Assembly: GCA_035459405.1 (NCBI GenBank)
Contig: DATHXZ010000271.1
Span: 1 to 26,292 of the forward strand
DNA: 26,292 nt
Source of the DNA: Chthoniobacterales bacterium
GTDB lineage: Bacteria; Verrucomicrobiota; Verrucomicrobiia; Chthoniobacterales; UBA10450
Direction of reading: 5' to 3'
The notes beneath the pieces were generated by a model, which worked only from the letters and a program-made list of their open reading frames with translations, did not search any database and was not told the DNA's origin. Position 1 is the stretch's first letter. Each line of letters starts with the position of its first letter. A program made the position numbers and the translations under genes. Below, piece by piece: positions 9,376 to 17,808 of this stretch.

Positions 9376-10224
9376 GTGAATCTCCGGTTTTCGATTGCCG
9401 ATTCTCGATTGGGCGGACTGCTGAGCCTGCAGACGAAAATCGTCATTCGAAATTCGGCGATTGTTGTATGTGCTGTGTTGCTCGCCCGAGAGGCGGCGGC
9501 ACAAGGGAATAGTTCTTTGTCAGAATCCAAAATCGAGGCCGCGGAAACGAGAGTGACTGCGGACGCGCTGTTTTCGCAGACCGAAGAACTGCGGCGGCAG
9601 CTCGCTGCACAACGCGAATCGGTTAAGACGCTGACGGAAAGTCTGGCGGCGTCGAATGCCGAGGCGGAGTTGTTTCGCCGGAAGTATTCGGACCTGCAGT
9701 TGCGCATGGAAGCGCTCGGGCTCGAGGCTGCGAACAAGGACAAGGCCAAGCTTGAGCAGCGGTTATTGAGCGCGGTGAGCGACCTGCAGTTGCTGCAGAA
9801 AGAGCGCGAGCAATATCGCGACCAGATGCTGCGGCTGACGGAAGCGATGTTGCAGTTGCTGCAAACCTCGACCGGCGGCGATGCGAAGGCGCGGGCGGAA
9901 GTGGAAGCGCAGGTGCGTAGCATGAACGCGCTCGTCTCGAAGGCAGCGGAAGTGCCGGCAGCGGCGCCAACGTTGATGGACGGCAGTGTGATCAGCGTGA
10001 AGGACGAATGGTCGCTGGTCGTGGGCAATCTCGGCGAGAAGCAGGGCCTGAAGATCGGGATGCCGTTGCGCGTGATCCGCGGCGACAAGCTGGTCGCGAC
10101 GTTGCGAGTCGTGGATGTGCGACAAAAGATCTGCGGTGCGGTGATTCAGGATTCTGGGAAAGAGAAGATAAAGGTCGGCGATCGCCTCCAGGCGGATGTC
10201 CGGCGGGATGTGAGTTTGAAATAG
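9376..10224 (+). CDS. Non-ribosomal exported protein: signal peptide, long coiled coil and C-terminal FlgT_C-like beta domain
   Basis: 282-aa ORF filling the rpsS-rplV gap. It has a hydrophobic stretch ending in AAA-QG and heptad-rich residues ~50-190. The C-terminal GSVISV...LVVGNLGEKQGLKIGMPLRVIRG...LRVVDV...IKVGDRL pattern is what I associate with FlgT C-terminal-like domains. The start is uncertain (GTG 9376 or TTG 9409). Confidence 0.8.
   Translation: MNLRFSIADSRLGGLLSLQTKIVIRNSAIVVCAVLLAREAAAQGNSSLSESKIEAAETRVTADALFSQTEELRRQLAAQRESVKTLTESLAASNAEAELFRRKYSDLQLRMEALGLEAANKDKAKLEQRLLSAVSDLQLLQKEREQYRDQMLRLTEAMLQLLQTSTGGDAKARAEVEAQVRSMNALVSKAAEVPAAAPTLMDGSVISVKDEWSLVVGNLGEKQGLKIGMPLRVIRGDKLVATLRVVDVRQKICGAVIQDSGKEKIKVGDRLQADVRRDVSLK
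9390..9458. repeat. Degenerate inverted heptamer arrays (NNCGATT x3 ... AWTCGNN x3)
   Basis: TTCGATT GCCGATT CTCGATT (9390-9410) and AATCGTC ATTCGAA ATTCGGC (9438-9458). Confidence 0.5.
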
Positions 10225-10225
10225 T

Positions 10226-10274
10226 TGTAGCCGCTTGCCTGTGGCAAGCGCGCGCCCACAGGGCGACAGCTACA
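10226..10274. repeat. GTAG-family REP-like inverted palindrome pair
   Basis: TGTAGC-CGCTTGC-CTGTG-GCAAGCG...CCCACAGGGCGACA-GCTACA. Terminal TGTAGC/GCTACA inverted repeat with an internal perfect 7-bp hairpin. Confidence 0.7.
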
Positions 10275-10293
10275 GGTGAGGTTTAGAAACAAA

Positions 10294-10812
10294 ATGGAAG
10301 TTCGATCGATATACAGGTACGCGAAGATTTCCGCCTTCAAGGTGCGCGAAGTCACGCGCGAGATTCAGGGTCTGCCGGTTTCGGCAGCGCTCGACATTGT
10401 CGCGTTCAGCCCCAAAAAGGCGGCGGGATTGATCAACAAGACGCTGAAGAGCGCGGTGGCGAACGCGGAGAACAACGCGAACCTGAAGGTCGACACGCTC
10501 GTCGTGAAAGAGGCGACCTGCGGCGAAGGACCGACGATGAAGCGGATGATGACGCGCGCGCGCGGAAGCGGCAGCCGCATCCTGAAACGCAGCAGCCACA
10601 TCCGGATCATTTTGTCCGACGAGATCGAGATCAAGACACGCGACAAGAACAAGAGCGGCGCGAAGAAATCGGGTGCTAAGAAGCGCAGCGCCGGTGCGAA
10701 GGCGGCGAAGAGCCAGTCGAAGCCGCAGCAGACGGAGACCGCGCCGGCAGCAGCACCGGACGCGGCGGCGCCTGATCCGAACCTGACCAGTCGCACGGAC
10801 GTTAACGAATAA
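10294..10812 (+). CDS. rplV: 50S ribosomal protein L22 with ~60-aa C-terminal low-complexity tail
   Basis: [13 protein letters not shown]...[11 protein letters not shown]...[20 protein letters not shown]. Start at ATG 10294. Confidence 0.99.
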   Translation: MEVRSIYRYAKISAFKVREVTREIQGLPVSAALDIVAFSPKKAAGLINKTLKSAVANAENNANLKVDTLVVKEATCGEGPTMKRMMTRARGSGSRILKRSSHIRIILSDEIEIKTRDKNKSGAKKSGAKKRSAGAKAAKSQSKPQQTETAPAAAPDAAAPDPNLTSRTDVNE

Positions 10813-10816
10813 TTTT

Positions 10817-11494
10817 ATGGGACAGAAAGTTAATCCAATTGGGTTTCGTCTCGGTGTGAACCGCGACTGGCGTTCGCGCTGGTACGCGAACGAACAGGAG
10901 ATGCCTGGCTTCCTTCACAGCGATCTGGAGATCCGCAACTACGTGAAGAAGAAGCTGCAGTTCGCGGCCGTCTCGAAGATCGTGATCGAGCGCGCGTGGA
11001 ACAGCATCCGCGTCACCATTTTCACCGCTCGTCCCGGCATCGTGATCGGCCGCAAGGGCGCTGAGATCGAGAAGATGACGGAGGAGATCTCGAAGATGGC
11101 GCAGGGCAAGCAGATCAAGATCGACATCCAGGAGATCAAGACGCCTGAGCTCGACGCGCAGCTTGTGGCCGAGAACGTTGCGCTGCAGATCGAGCGTCGT
11201 ATCGCTTACCGCCGCGCGATGAAGAAAGCCGTGCAGGTGGCGATGGATTTCGGCGCGCAGGGGATTCGTTTGCGCAGCTCCGGTCGATTGAACGGCGCGG
11301 AAATTTCGCGCTCCGAGTGGTATCGCGAGGGAAAGGTGCCGCTGCACACACTCCGCACGCCGATCGATTACGGTTTCGCGGAAGCGAACACGGTTTACGG
11401 CAAGATCGGTGTGAAGTGCTGGCTTTGTAAGAAAGAAGAAGCGCCGGCTGAACAGCCTGCGACTCCGCCGCCGCCCGCTGCGGCCGCAGTCTAG
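10817..11494 (+). CDS. rpsC: 30S ribosomal protein S3
   Basis: [13 protein letters not shown]...[11 protein letters not shown]...[13 protein letters not shown]...PLHTLR. Confidence 0.99.
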   Translation: MGQKVNPIGFRLGVNRDWRSRWYANEQEMPGFLHSDLEIRNYVKKKLQFAAVSKIVIERAWNSIRVTIFTARPGIVIGRKGAEIEKMTEEISKMAQGKQIKIDIQEIKTPELDAQLVAENVALQIERRIAYRRAMKKAVQVAMDFGAQGIRLRSSGRLNGAEISRSEWYREGKVPLHTLRTPIDYGFAEANTVYGKIGVKCWLCKKEEAPAEQPATPPPPAAAAV

Positions 11495-11531
11495 TCTGAG
11501 ACTAACGAGAAAATTTTAAGGAGATACTGCC

Positions 11532-11957
11532 ATGCCATTGATGCCAAAACGCGTGAAGTACCGGAAGACCCAGCGGGGCAGCCGCAAGGGGACGGCTTCA
11601 CGTAATCTCCGGATCGATTTCGGCGAGTTTGGGCTGCAGACGCTCGAGCGCGCCTGGATCACGAACACGCAGATCGAAGCGGCGCGTGTGGCGTTGACAC
11701 GCAACATGAAGCGCAAAGGGAAACTGTGGATCCGGATTTTTCCCGACAAGTCAGTGACCTCGCGTCCACCAGAAACCCGAATGGGTAAGGGCAAAGGCCA
11801 GCCGGAATACTGGGTCGCAACGGTCCGCCCGGGCAACATTTTGTTCGAACTCGATGGTGTCACCGAATCGGTCGCACGCGAGTCGCTGCGCCTGGCCGCT
11901 AACAAGCTACCCGTCCGCACGAAGTTCCTCACGCGACACCACGTCGCTGCCGCTTAA
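11532..11957 (+). CDS. rplP: 50S ribosomal protein L16
   Basis: [14 protein letters not shown]...QIEAARVA...WIRIFPDK...RMGKGKG. Confidence 0.99.
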   Translation: MPLMPKRVKYRKTQRGSRKGTASRNLRIDFGEFGLQTLERAWITNTQIEAARVALTRNMKRKGKLWIRIFPDKSVTSRPPETRMGKGKGQPEYWVATVRPGNILFELDGVTESVARESLRLAANKLPVRTKFLTRHHVAAA

Positions 11958-11963
11958 CGCGAT

Positions 11964-12167
11964 ATGAAATTCAAAGAAATCAGCGAGATGAGCTCGGAAG
12001 AGCTCCAAACGAAGCGCCGCGATATTCGGCAGGAGAGCCTGCACCTGCGGTTGCAACAGCAAAGCGGGCAGCTCGAACAGCCGAGCCGGTTGCGTCTCTT
12101 GCGCCGCCAAGTGGCGCAGATCGAGACGGTGCTCTCCCAGCGCTCCGCGAAGACGGAGGCGAAGTAA
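11964..12167 (+). CDS. rpmC: 50S ribosomal protein L29
   Basis: Position after rplP; LRLQQQSGQLEQPSRLRLLRRQVAQIETVL. Confidence 0.97.
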   Translation: MKFKEISEMSSEELQTKRRDIRQESLHLRLQQQSGQLEQPSRLRLLRRQVAQIETVLSQRSAKTEAK

Positions 12168-12170
12168 TTT

Positions 12171-12479
12171 ATGGCCGAAGCAACTGAACAACAGACCGGC
12201 GAGACGGCCGCAATGACGGAACACGCGGATGACAAGCGCGCCAGCCGCAAGATGCAGACTGGCGAGGTGATCTCGAGCGGCATGGACAAGACAATCGTGG
12301 TACGCACCGTGACACGTGTGCCGCACCAGCGGTTCGGCAAGATCGTCAAGCAGATGAAGAAATTCTATGCGCATGACGAGGAGAACCAGGCGAAGACCGG
12401 CGACACGGTCCGCATCATGGAGACGCGGCCGCTGAGCAAGTTGAAGCGTTGGCGGCTCGTTGAAGTCGTCGCGAAGTAG
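12171..12479 (+). CDS. rpsQ: 30S ribosomal protein S17 (~20-aa N-terminal extension)
   Basis: [14 protein letters not shown]...[33 protein letters not shown]. Confidence 0.98.
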   Translation: MAEATEQQTGETAAMTEHADDKRASRKMQTGEVISSGMDKTIVVRTVTRVPHQRFGKIVKQMKKFYAHDEENQAKTGDTVRIMETRPLSKLKRWRLVEVVAK

Positions 12480-12496
12480 AGGCGCGGAGAAATTTT

Positions 12497-12865
12497 ATGG
12501 TCCAGATCAGATCCAGACTCGACGTGGCGGATAACAGCGGCGCGCGCATGGCCACGATGATCGGTGTCATCGGTCAGGGCACGAGCCAGACGGCCGGGAT
12601 CGGCGATGTCATCACCGCGAACGTGAAAGAAGCGGCGGCCAATGGCACGGTTAAGAAGGGCGAAGTCGTGCGAGCGGTTCTCGTGCGCACGCGGCAGCCG
12701 ATCAAGCGAGATGACGGCTCCGTTTTGCGCTTCGATAACAACGCGATTGTCATCATCGACAAAGATTTGAACCCGCGCGGCACCCGCATCTTCGGGCCTG
12801 TCGCGCGTGAGTTGCGCGAGCGCAATTTCATGAAAATTGTCTCGCTCGCTCCGGAAGTTTTATGA
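12497..12865 (+). CDS. rplN: 50S ribosomal protein L14
   Basis: VADNSGAR...FDNNAIVII...[13 protein letters not shown]...SLAPEVL. Confidence 0.99.
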   Translation: MVQIRSRLDVADNSGARMATMIGVIGQGTSQTAGIGDVITANVKEAAANGTVKKGEVVRAVLVRTRQPIKRDDGSVLRFDNNAIVIIDKDLNPRGTRIFGPVARELRERNFMKIVSLAPEVL

Positions 12866-13215
12866 ACCGAATCAAGCTGCACGTCCGCAAGGGCGACCAG
12901 GTGGAAGTGATTGCCGGGAACCACAAAGGTTCGACGGGCAAAGTGCTCGAGGTAATTGCTCGCAAGGAGCGCGTACTGATCGAGGGCGTGCGCATGATCA
13001 AAAAGCACATGCGGAAGTCGCAGGACAATCCGCAGGGCTCGATCGCAGAGCGTGAGGGTCCGATTCACATTTCGAATGTGAAGGTGGTCGAACGCGGCGA
13101 ACGCGCGCAAGAGAAGAAGAACGGCAAGAAGGCAGCGAAGGGCAAAGCCGACGCGCCGAAAGCTGCTGCGCAGAAAGCAGCGCCCAAGCGCAAGAGCGCG
13201 AAGGAAGAGGCGTAA
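12862..13215 (+). CDS. rplX: 50S ribosomal protein L24
   Basis: [22 protein letters not shown]...[11 protein letters not shown]; Lys/Ala-rich C terminus. Confidence 0.98.
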   Translation: MNRIKLHVRKGDQVEVIAGNHKGSTGKVLEVIARKERVLIEGVRMIKKHMRKSQDNPQGSIAEREGPIHISNVKVVERGERAQEKKNGKKAAKGKADAPKAAAQKAAPKRKSAKEEA

Positions 13216-13218
13216 GCG

Positions 13219-13797
13219 ATGAACAACGAATTCTACACGCACTACAAAGAGCACGTCATCCCGGCGCTGCAGAAGCAGCACGGCTACAAGAACGTGAACC
13301 AGATCCCGAAGGTCGAGAAGGTGGTCATCAACACCTGCGTCGGCTCACAGGCAGACGTGAAGCAGGCGTTGGAAGACGCGAAGGCTGAGCTGGCGCTGAT
13401 CAGCGGTCAGAAGCCAGCCGAAACACGCGCGAAGAAGAGCATCGCGAATTTCAAGCTGCGCGGCGACCAGGCGATCGGCGCGAAAGTGACGCTGCGCGGG
13501 CAGCACATGTACGAATTCCTGGAGCGGCTGATTAAGACCGGACTGCCTCGCATTCGCGACTTTCGTGGCGTTTCGCCGAAGGCATTTGACGGCAATGGCA
13601 ACTACACGCTGGGCGTGACGGACCAGTCTGTCTTCCCCGAGGTCGAGCTCGACAAAATCAAGCGCAACATCGGTTTTGATGTTACCATCGTGACCTCCGC
13701 GCAAACGAACGAAGAGGCCAAATCGCTCCTGAGCGAAATGGGAATGCCGTTCAGCGACCGCGCGAAGAAGCCGCAGGCGACCACGACCGCGGCCTAA
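13219..13797 (+). CDS. rplE: 50S ribosomal protein L5
   Basis: ISGQKP...SIANFKLR...GAKVTLRG...LPRIRDFRG...FDGNGNYTLG. Confidence 0.99.
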   Translation: MNNEFYTHYKEHVIPALQKQHGYKNVNQIPKVEKVVINTCVGSQADVKQALEDAKAELALISGQKPAETRAKKSIANFKLRGDQAIGAKVTLRGQHMYEFLERLIKTGLPRIRDFRGVSPKAFDGNGNYTLGVTDQSVFPEVELDKIKRNIGFDVTIVTSAQTNEEAKSLLSEMGMPFSDRAKKPQATTTAA

Positions 13798-13801
13798 CGA
13801 C

Positions 13802-14200
13802 ATGAGCACTGTTACCGATCCTATTGCCGACCTTCTCGCCCGCGTGCGCAATGCCGCGTCCGCGGGGAAGCACGAGATGTTTGTTCCTTACTCGAAGATC
13901 AAGAGCGAGATCGTCCGCATCTTGAAGGACGAGGGCTACATCACCGATTACGAGCTGGATAACACCGGAGCGCATCCACGGATTAAGATCACGAATAAGA
14001 TCGCGAATCGCTCGAGTGCGATCACGGGCTTGAAGCGCGTGAGCCGTCCGGGGTTGCGCCGTTATGTTGGCGCGCAGGAGATCCCGCGGGTGCTTGGCGG
14101 GATGGGCGTTGCAATTCTTTCCACACCGCGCGGCGTTCTTTCGGGACGCGAAGCGAAGAAGCAAAACGTTGGAGGCGAGCTGCTGGCTTACGTCTGGTAA
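13802..14200 (+). CDS. rpsH: 30S ribosomal protein S8
   Basis: TDPIADLLARVRNA...RVSRPGLRRY...ILSTPRGV...GGELLAYVW. Confidence 0.99.
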   Translation: MSTVTDPIADLLARVRNAASAGKHEMFVPYSKIKSEIVRILKDEGYITDYELDNTGAHPRIKITNKIANRSSAITGLKRVSRPGLRRYVGAQEIPRVLGGMGVAILSTPRGVLSGREAKKQNVGGELLAYVW

Positions 14201-14218
14201 GCAGGCTCTGGATTTTTC

Positions 14219-14758
14219 ATGTCACGAATTGGAAATAAAGCCGTCGACATCCCGAGTGGGGTGCAGGTGAACATTGGCAACACCGGCGCTGTGGCGGTGG
14301 AGGGACCGAAAGGCAAGCTGAACTGGCAGTTACCACGCGAGATCAAGGCGAGTGTCGCAGACAATCGCATCTCACTCGTTCGCGGTGCGGAGACCCGCAG
14401 CGTGAAGGCCCTGCACGGCCTCGCGCGCAGTTTGGTCAACAACATGGTTCAGGGCGTCAGCGTCGGCTTTACCAAGGACCTCATTATCGAAGGCGTCGGC
14501 TTCAAGGCGGCGGTGCAAGGGAGCGTGCTGAACCTTTCGTTAGGCTTCTCGCATCCCGTGCTGCATCCGATTCCAGAGGGCATCAAGATTGCAGTGACGG
14601 AAAACACGAAGATTAGCATTATTGGTATCGACAAGCACCTTGTCGGTCAGGTTGCTGCCGACATCCGGCGCTATTACCCGCCGGAGCCTTACAAAGGCAA
14701 GGGCGTGCGCTACGCGGGTGAAGTGATCCGACGCAAGGAAGGCAAGACGGTTCAGTAG
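14219..14758 (+). CDS. rplF: 50S ribosomal protein L6
   Basis: MSRIGNK...GPKGKL...LGFSHP...PPEPYKGKGVRY. Confidence 0.99.
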   Translation: MSRIGNKAVDIPSGVQVNIGNTGAVAVEGPKGKLNWQLPREIKASVADNRISLVRGAETRSVKALHGLARSLVNNMVQGVSVGFTKDLIIEGVGFKAAVQGSVLNLSLGFSHPVLHPIPEGIKIAVTENTKISIIGIDKHLVGQVAADIRRYYPPEPYKGKGVRYAGEVIRRKEGKTVQ

Positions 14759-14759
14759 T

Positions 14760-15116
14760 ATGAAGGCCGATCGCAAACAGATCAGGGACCGCATTCACAA
14801 GCGGATTCGGAAGCGCGTCAGCGGGACCGCAGAGCGTCCGCGTCTCGCCGTGCATTTTTCAGGCAAGCACGTTTACGCGCAGGTCATCGATGACACCGTC
14901 GGCAAGACTCTCGCGGCAGCTGGGACGACCGAAGAGGGCCTCGTCAGCAAGCCCGGCGCGAACGTCGCCTCGGCGGTAACCGTTGGTCGCGCGGTCGCCG
15001 AGCGGCTACTGGCGAAGAACGTCGACAAAGTCGTGTTTGATCGCGGCGGCACGCAGTATCACGGAAAAGTGAAAGCCTTGGCCGACGCGGCGCGCGAAGG
15101 CGGACTCAAGTTTTAG
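14760..15116 (+). CDS. rplR: 50S ribosomal protein L18
   Basis: GTAERPRLAV...YAQVIDD...VVFDRGG..YHGKVKALADAAREGGLKF. Confidence 0.99.
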   Translation: MKADRKQIRDRIHKRIRKRVSGTAERPRLAVHFSGKHVYAQVIDDTVGKTLAAAGTTEEGLVSKPGANVASAVTVGRAVAERLLAKNVDKVVFDRGGTQYHGKVKALADAAREGGLKF

Positions 15117-15125
15117 AAAGAGATC

Positions 15126-15692
15126 ATGGCACAACCAGGTGGCGGCGGACGACGTCAGGAACGTCAAACAGACAGGAGCTCAGCAGCGCGCGGAGACACA
15201 ACCGAGAAGGTCGTGTTCATCAATCGTTGCGCGAAGGTCGTGAAGGGCGGCCGCCGTTTCAGCTTCAGCGCGCTAATCGTCGCGGGAGATCACGACGGCA
15301 AGGTCGGCGTCGGATTCGGCAAGGCGAACGAAGTCGCGGAAGCGATTCGCAAGGCGTCGGAAGCAGCACGGAAGGGCATGGAGCCAGTGTCGTTGCACGA
15401 GAACACCATCCCGCACGAGACGATTGGTGAGTTCGGCGGCGGTCGCGTTTTGCTGCGGCCCGCGTCGCCAGGAACCGGCGTCATCGCTGGTGGCGGGGTG
15501 CGTGCAGTCGTCGAGGCGGCCGGCATCAAAGACGTGTTGGCGAAATCGCTCGGCTCGAGCAATCACGCGAACGTCGTGAAGGCGACGATCGAAGCGTTGC
15601 GCGGTCTGCGACGCAAAGATGAGATTTTCAAAGCGCGTGGAATTCGCCCGGCGATGACGACGACCGCGGAAGGAAAGGCTGACGGACAATGA
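15126..15692 (+). CDS. rpsE: 30S ribosomal protein S5
   Basis: [19 protein letters not shown]...GFGKANEV...[12 protein letters not shown]. Confidence 0.99.
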   Translation: MAQPGGGGRRQERQTDRSSAARGDTTEKVVFINRCAKVVKGGRRFSFSALIVAGDHDGKVGVGFGKANEVAEAIRKASEAARKGMEPVSLHENTIPHETIGEFGGGRVLLRPASPGTGVIAGGGVRAVVEAAGIKDVLAKSLGSSNHANVVKATIEALRGLRRKDEIFKARGIRPAMTTTAEGKADGQ

Positions 15693-16279
15693 TGCGTCTC
15701 CACAATCTCCGGCCGCGTCCCGGTTCGAAGCATCGCGTGAAGCGACTTGGAATCGGCGAAAGCTCCGGTCACGGTAAGACATCGGGCAAAGGCCACAAAG
15801 GCCAGAAAGCCCGCGCAGGCGGAAGCATCCGTCTCGGGTTCGAAGGTGGCCAGATGCCGCTCATCCGCCGTTTGCCGAAGCGCGGCTTCAACAACGCTGC
15901 CTTTCACAAGAACTGGGCTGTCGTGAACCTCGACGCGCTGAACGCGTTCGAAGCCGGCACGACCGTAAACGAACAGCTGCTGCGCGAATCGAAGCTGATC
16001 CGCGGCAACTTTCACGGCGTCAAGATTCTCGGCGATGGTGAGCTGAAGCACGGCCTTACGGTTGAGGCTGACAAAGTGAGCGCCTCTGCCCGACAGAAGA
16101 TCGAAAGCGCCGGTGGGACTGTGACCTTGCGCGAACCGCGCGCTCCGCAGGCCGCACGTTCGGGCGCGAGCGAAACGGGAGACGCAAGCCCTTTCGCTGC
16201 TCCGGCTGGAAAGAAATCTTCGGCAAAGAAGAGCTCCGCTAAAAGCGGCGCGAAGAAGAAGTCGGCAGACAACAGCTAG
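15689..16279 (+). CDS. rplO: 50S ribosomal protein L15 with ~50-aa C-terminal tail
   Basis: [14 protein letters not shown]...[17 protein letters not shown]...KILGDGEL. Start at 15689 or 15692, overlapping the rpsE stop. Confidence 0.99.
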   Translation: MMRLHNLRPRPGSKHRVKRLGIGESSGHGKTSGKGHKGQKARAGGSIRLGFEGGQMPLIRRLPKRGFNNAAFHKNWAVVNLDALNAFEAGTTVNEQLLRESKLIRGNFHGVKILGDGELKHGLTVEADKVSASARQKIESAGGTVTLREPRAPQAARSGASETGDASPFAAPAGKKSSAKKSSAKSGAKKKSADNS

Positions 16280-16305
16280 CGTCCGCGCTAACGAAGTCCT
16301 AGTCG

Positions 16306-17808
16306 ATGGTTTCGGCGTTTCTCAACACCGTCAAAATTCCGGAGCTGCGGCGCCGGATTCTTTTCACGCTGGCAGTCATCGTGATCGTGCGCCTAGGCGC
16401 GGCGATCACGACGCCTGGAGTCAACGCAGCGGTATTGCAGGAGTGGTTCCGCGACGCGATGAACAACGAGGCCGGCGGGGGAGTCGCGACCCTGTTCAAT
16501 CTGTTCAGCGGCGGCGCGCTCGAGAATTGCGCCATCTTCTCGCTTGGCATCATGCCGTACATCAGCGCGTCGATCATGCTGCAGCTGCTGACAGCGGTGA
16601 TCCCGAAGCTCGGACGTCTCGCGAAGGAAGATGGCGGCCGTCAGAAGATCATGCAGATCACGCGCTACGCGACGCTGGCTTTGTGCCTGGTGCAAGGTTG
16701 GCTGCTGGCGGTGTCACTGCAGAACCCGGCTTCGAACCCGATGCTCGGTGGCATTACCGATACGATCAACCGGCTCGGCATTCCACTCGTAGCAGATCAA
16801 GGCTGGACCTTCCGCTTTATCACCGTGATCTCACTCACGGCGGGCACGCTCTTCCTGATGTGGCTGGGCGATCAGATCACCGAGCGCGGCATAGGCAACG
16901 GCATCTCTGTCATCATTACGGTCGGCATCGTCGCGCAGCTGCCTGCGGCGTTGGCGCAAGCATGGAAGACGTTCGTTCCAACTGCTGCTGGTGGAAGCGG
17001 GCAGGTCAGTCCGGCAATCCTCGTATTGATGATCGGCTTCCTGTTCGTGGTAATCGCGGCGGTGATCGCCGTCACCCAGGGCGTACGAAAAATCACCGTG
17101 CAGTACGCGAAGCGTGTTGTCGGCCGCAAGATGTACGGCGGTCAGACGCAGTACATGCCGCTGAAAGTGAACTACGCGGGCGTCATGCCGATCATCTTCG
17201 CGTGGGCGCTGCTTCTTTTCCCGACAACAATCGTGTCGATGGCCTTTCAGAATAGCCGCACGGCGCGTGGCATCGCAGATGCGCTGTCGAATGGCTGGCC
17301 GCACTATCTCGTGCTGGCGCTGATGATTTTCTTCTTTAGCTACTTCTGGGTCGCGACGCAATTTCAGCCGGCGCAAATTGCGGACGATCTGAAAAAGCAC
17401 GGCGGCTACATCCCGGGCGTGCGACCTGGAAAGTCGACCTCTGACTTCCTCGATTACACAATGACGCGCCTGACGTTTGCCGGCGCGATCTTCCTCACAT
17501 TGATCGCCGTGCTACCCAGCTTGCTGAGCCAAGGCCTGAATGTGCCGACGATCACAGCGCAGTTCTTCGGCGGAACGAGCCTTCTGATCATTGTGGGCGT
17601 GATCCTCGACACGATGCGGCAGGTCGAAACGCACCTGATCCAGCGTCACTACGACGGATTCCTGCGCAAGGGCCGGATCCGCGGGCGGTTCGATCGCGCA
17701 TCGTACAACCGCGGCGAAGCTGCACCTCAGACGACGCTGATGTGGCTTTACGTCGGCATTGCGGTTCTGGTAATCGGCGGTGTGGCGATCTTCGTTTACC
17801 AACGCTAA
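16306..17808 (+). CDS. secY: Preprotein translocase subunit SecY with an extra C-terminal hydrophobic segment
   Basis: IFSLGIMPYISASI...MWLGDQITERGIGNGIS...PLKVNYAGVMPIIFA...GGYIPGVRPG...GGTSLLIIVGV. Confidence 0.99.
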   Translation: MVSAFLNTVKIPELRRRILFTLAVIVIVRLGAAITTPGVNAAVLQEWFRDAMNNEAGGGVATLFNLFSGGALENCAIFSLGIMPYISASIMLQLLTAVIPKLGRLAKEDGGRQKIMQITRYATLALCLVQGWLLAVSLQNPASNPMLGGITDTINRLGIPLVADQGWTFRFITVISLTAGTLFLMWLGDQITERGIGNGISVIITVGIVAQLPAALAQAWKTFVPTAAGGSGQVSPAILVLMIGFLFVVIAAVIAVTQGVRKITVQYAKRVVGRKMYGGQTQYMPLKVNYAGVMPIIFAWALLLFPTTIVSMAFQNSRTARGIADALSNGWPHYLVLALMIFFFSYFWVATQFQPAQIADDLKKHGGYIPGVRPGKSTSDFLDYTMTRLTFAGAIFLTLIAVLPSLLSQGLNVPTITAQFFGGTSLLIIVGVILDTMRQVETHLIQRHYDGFLRKGRIRGRFDRASYNRGEAAPQTTLMWLYVGIAVLVIGGVAIFVYQR

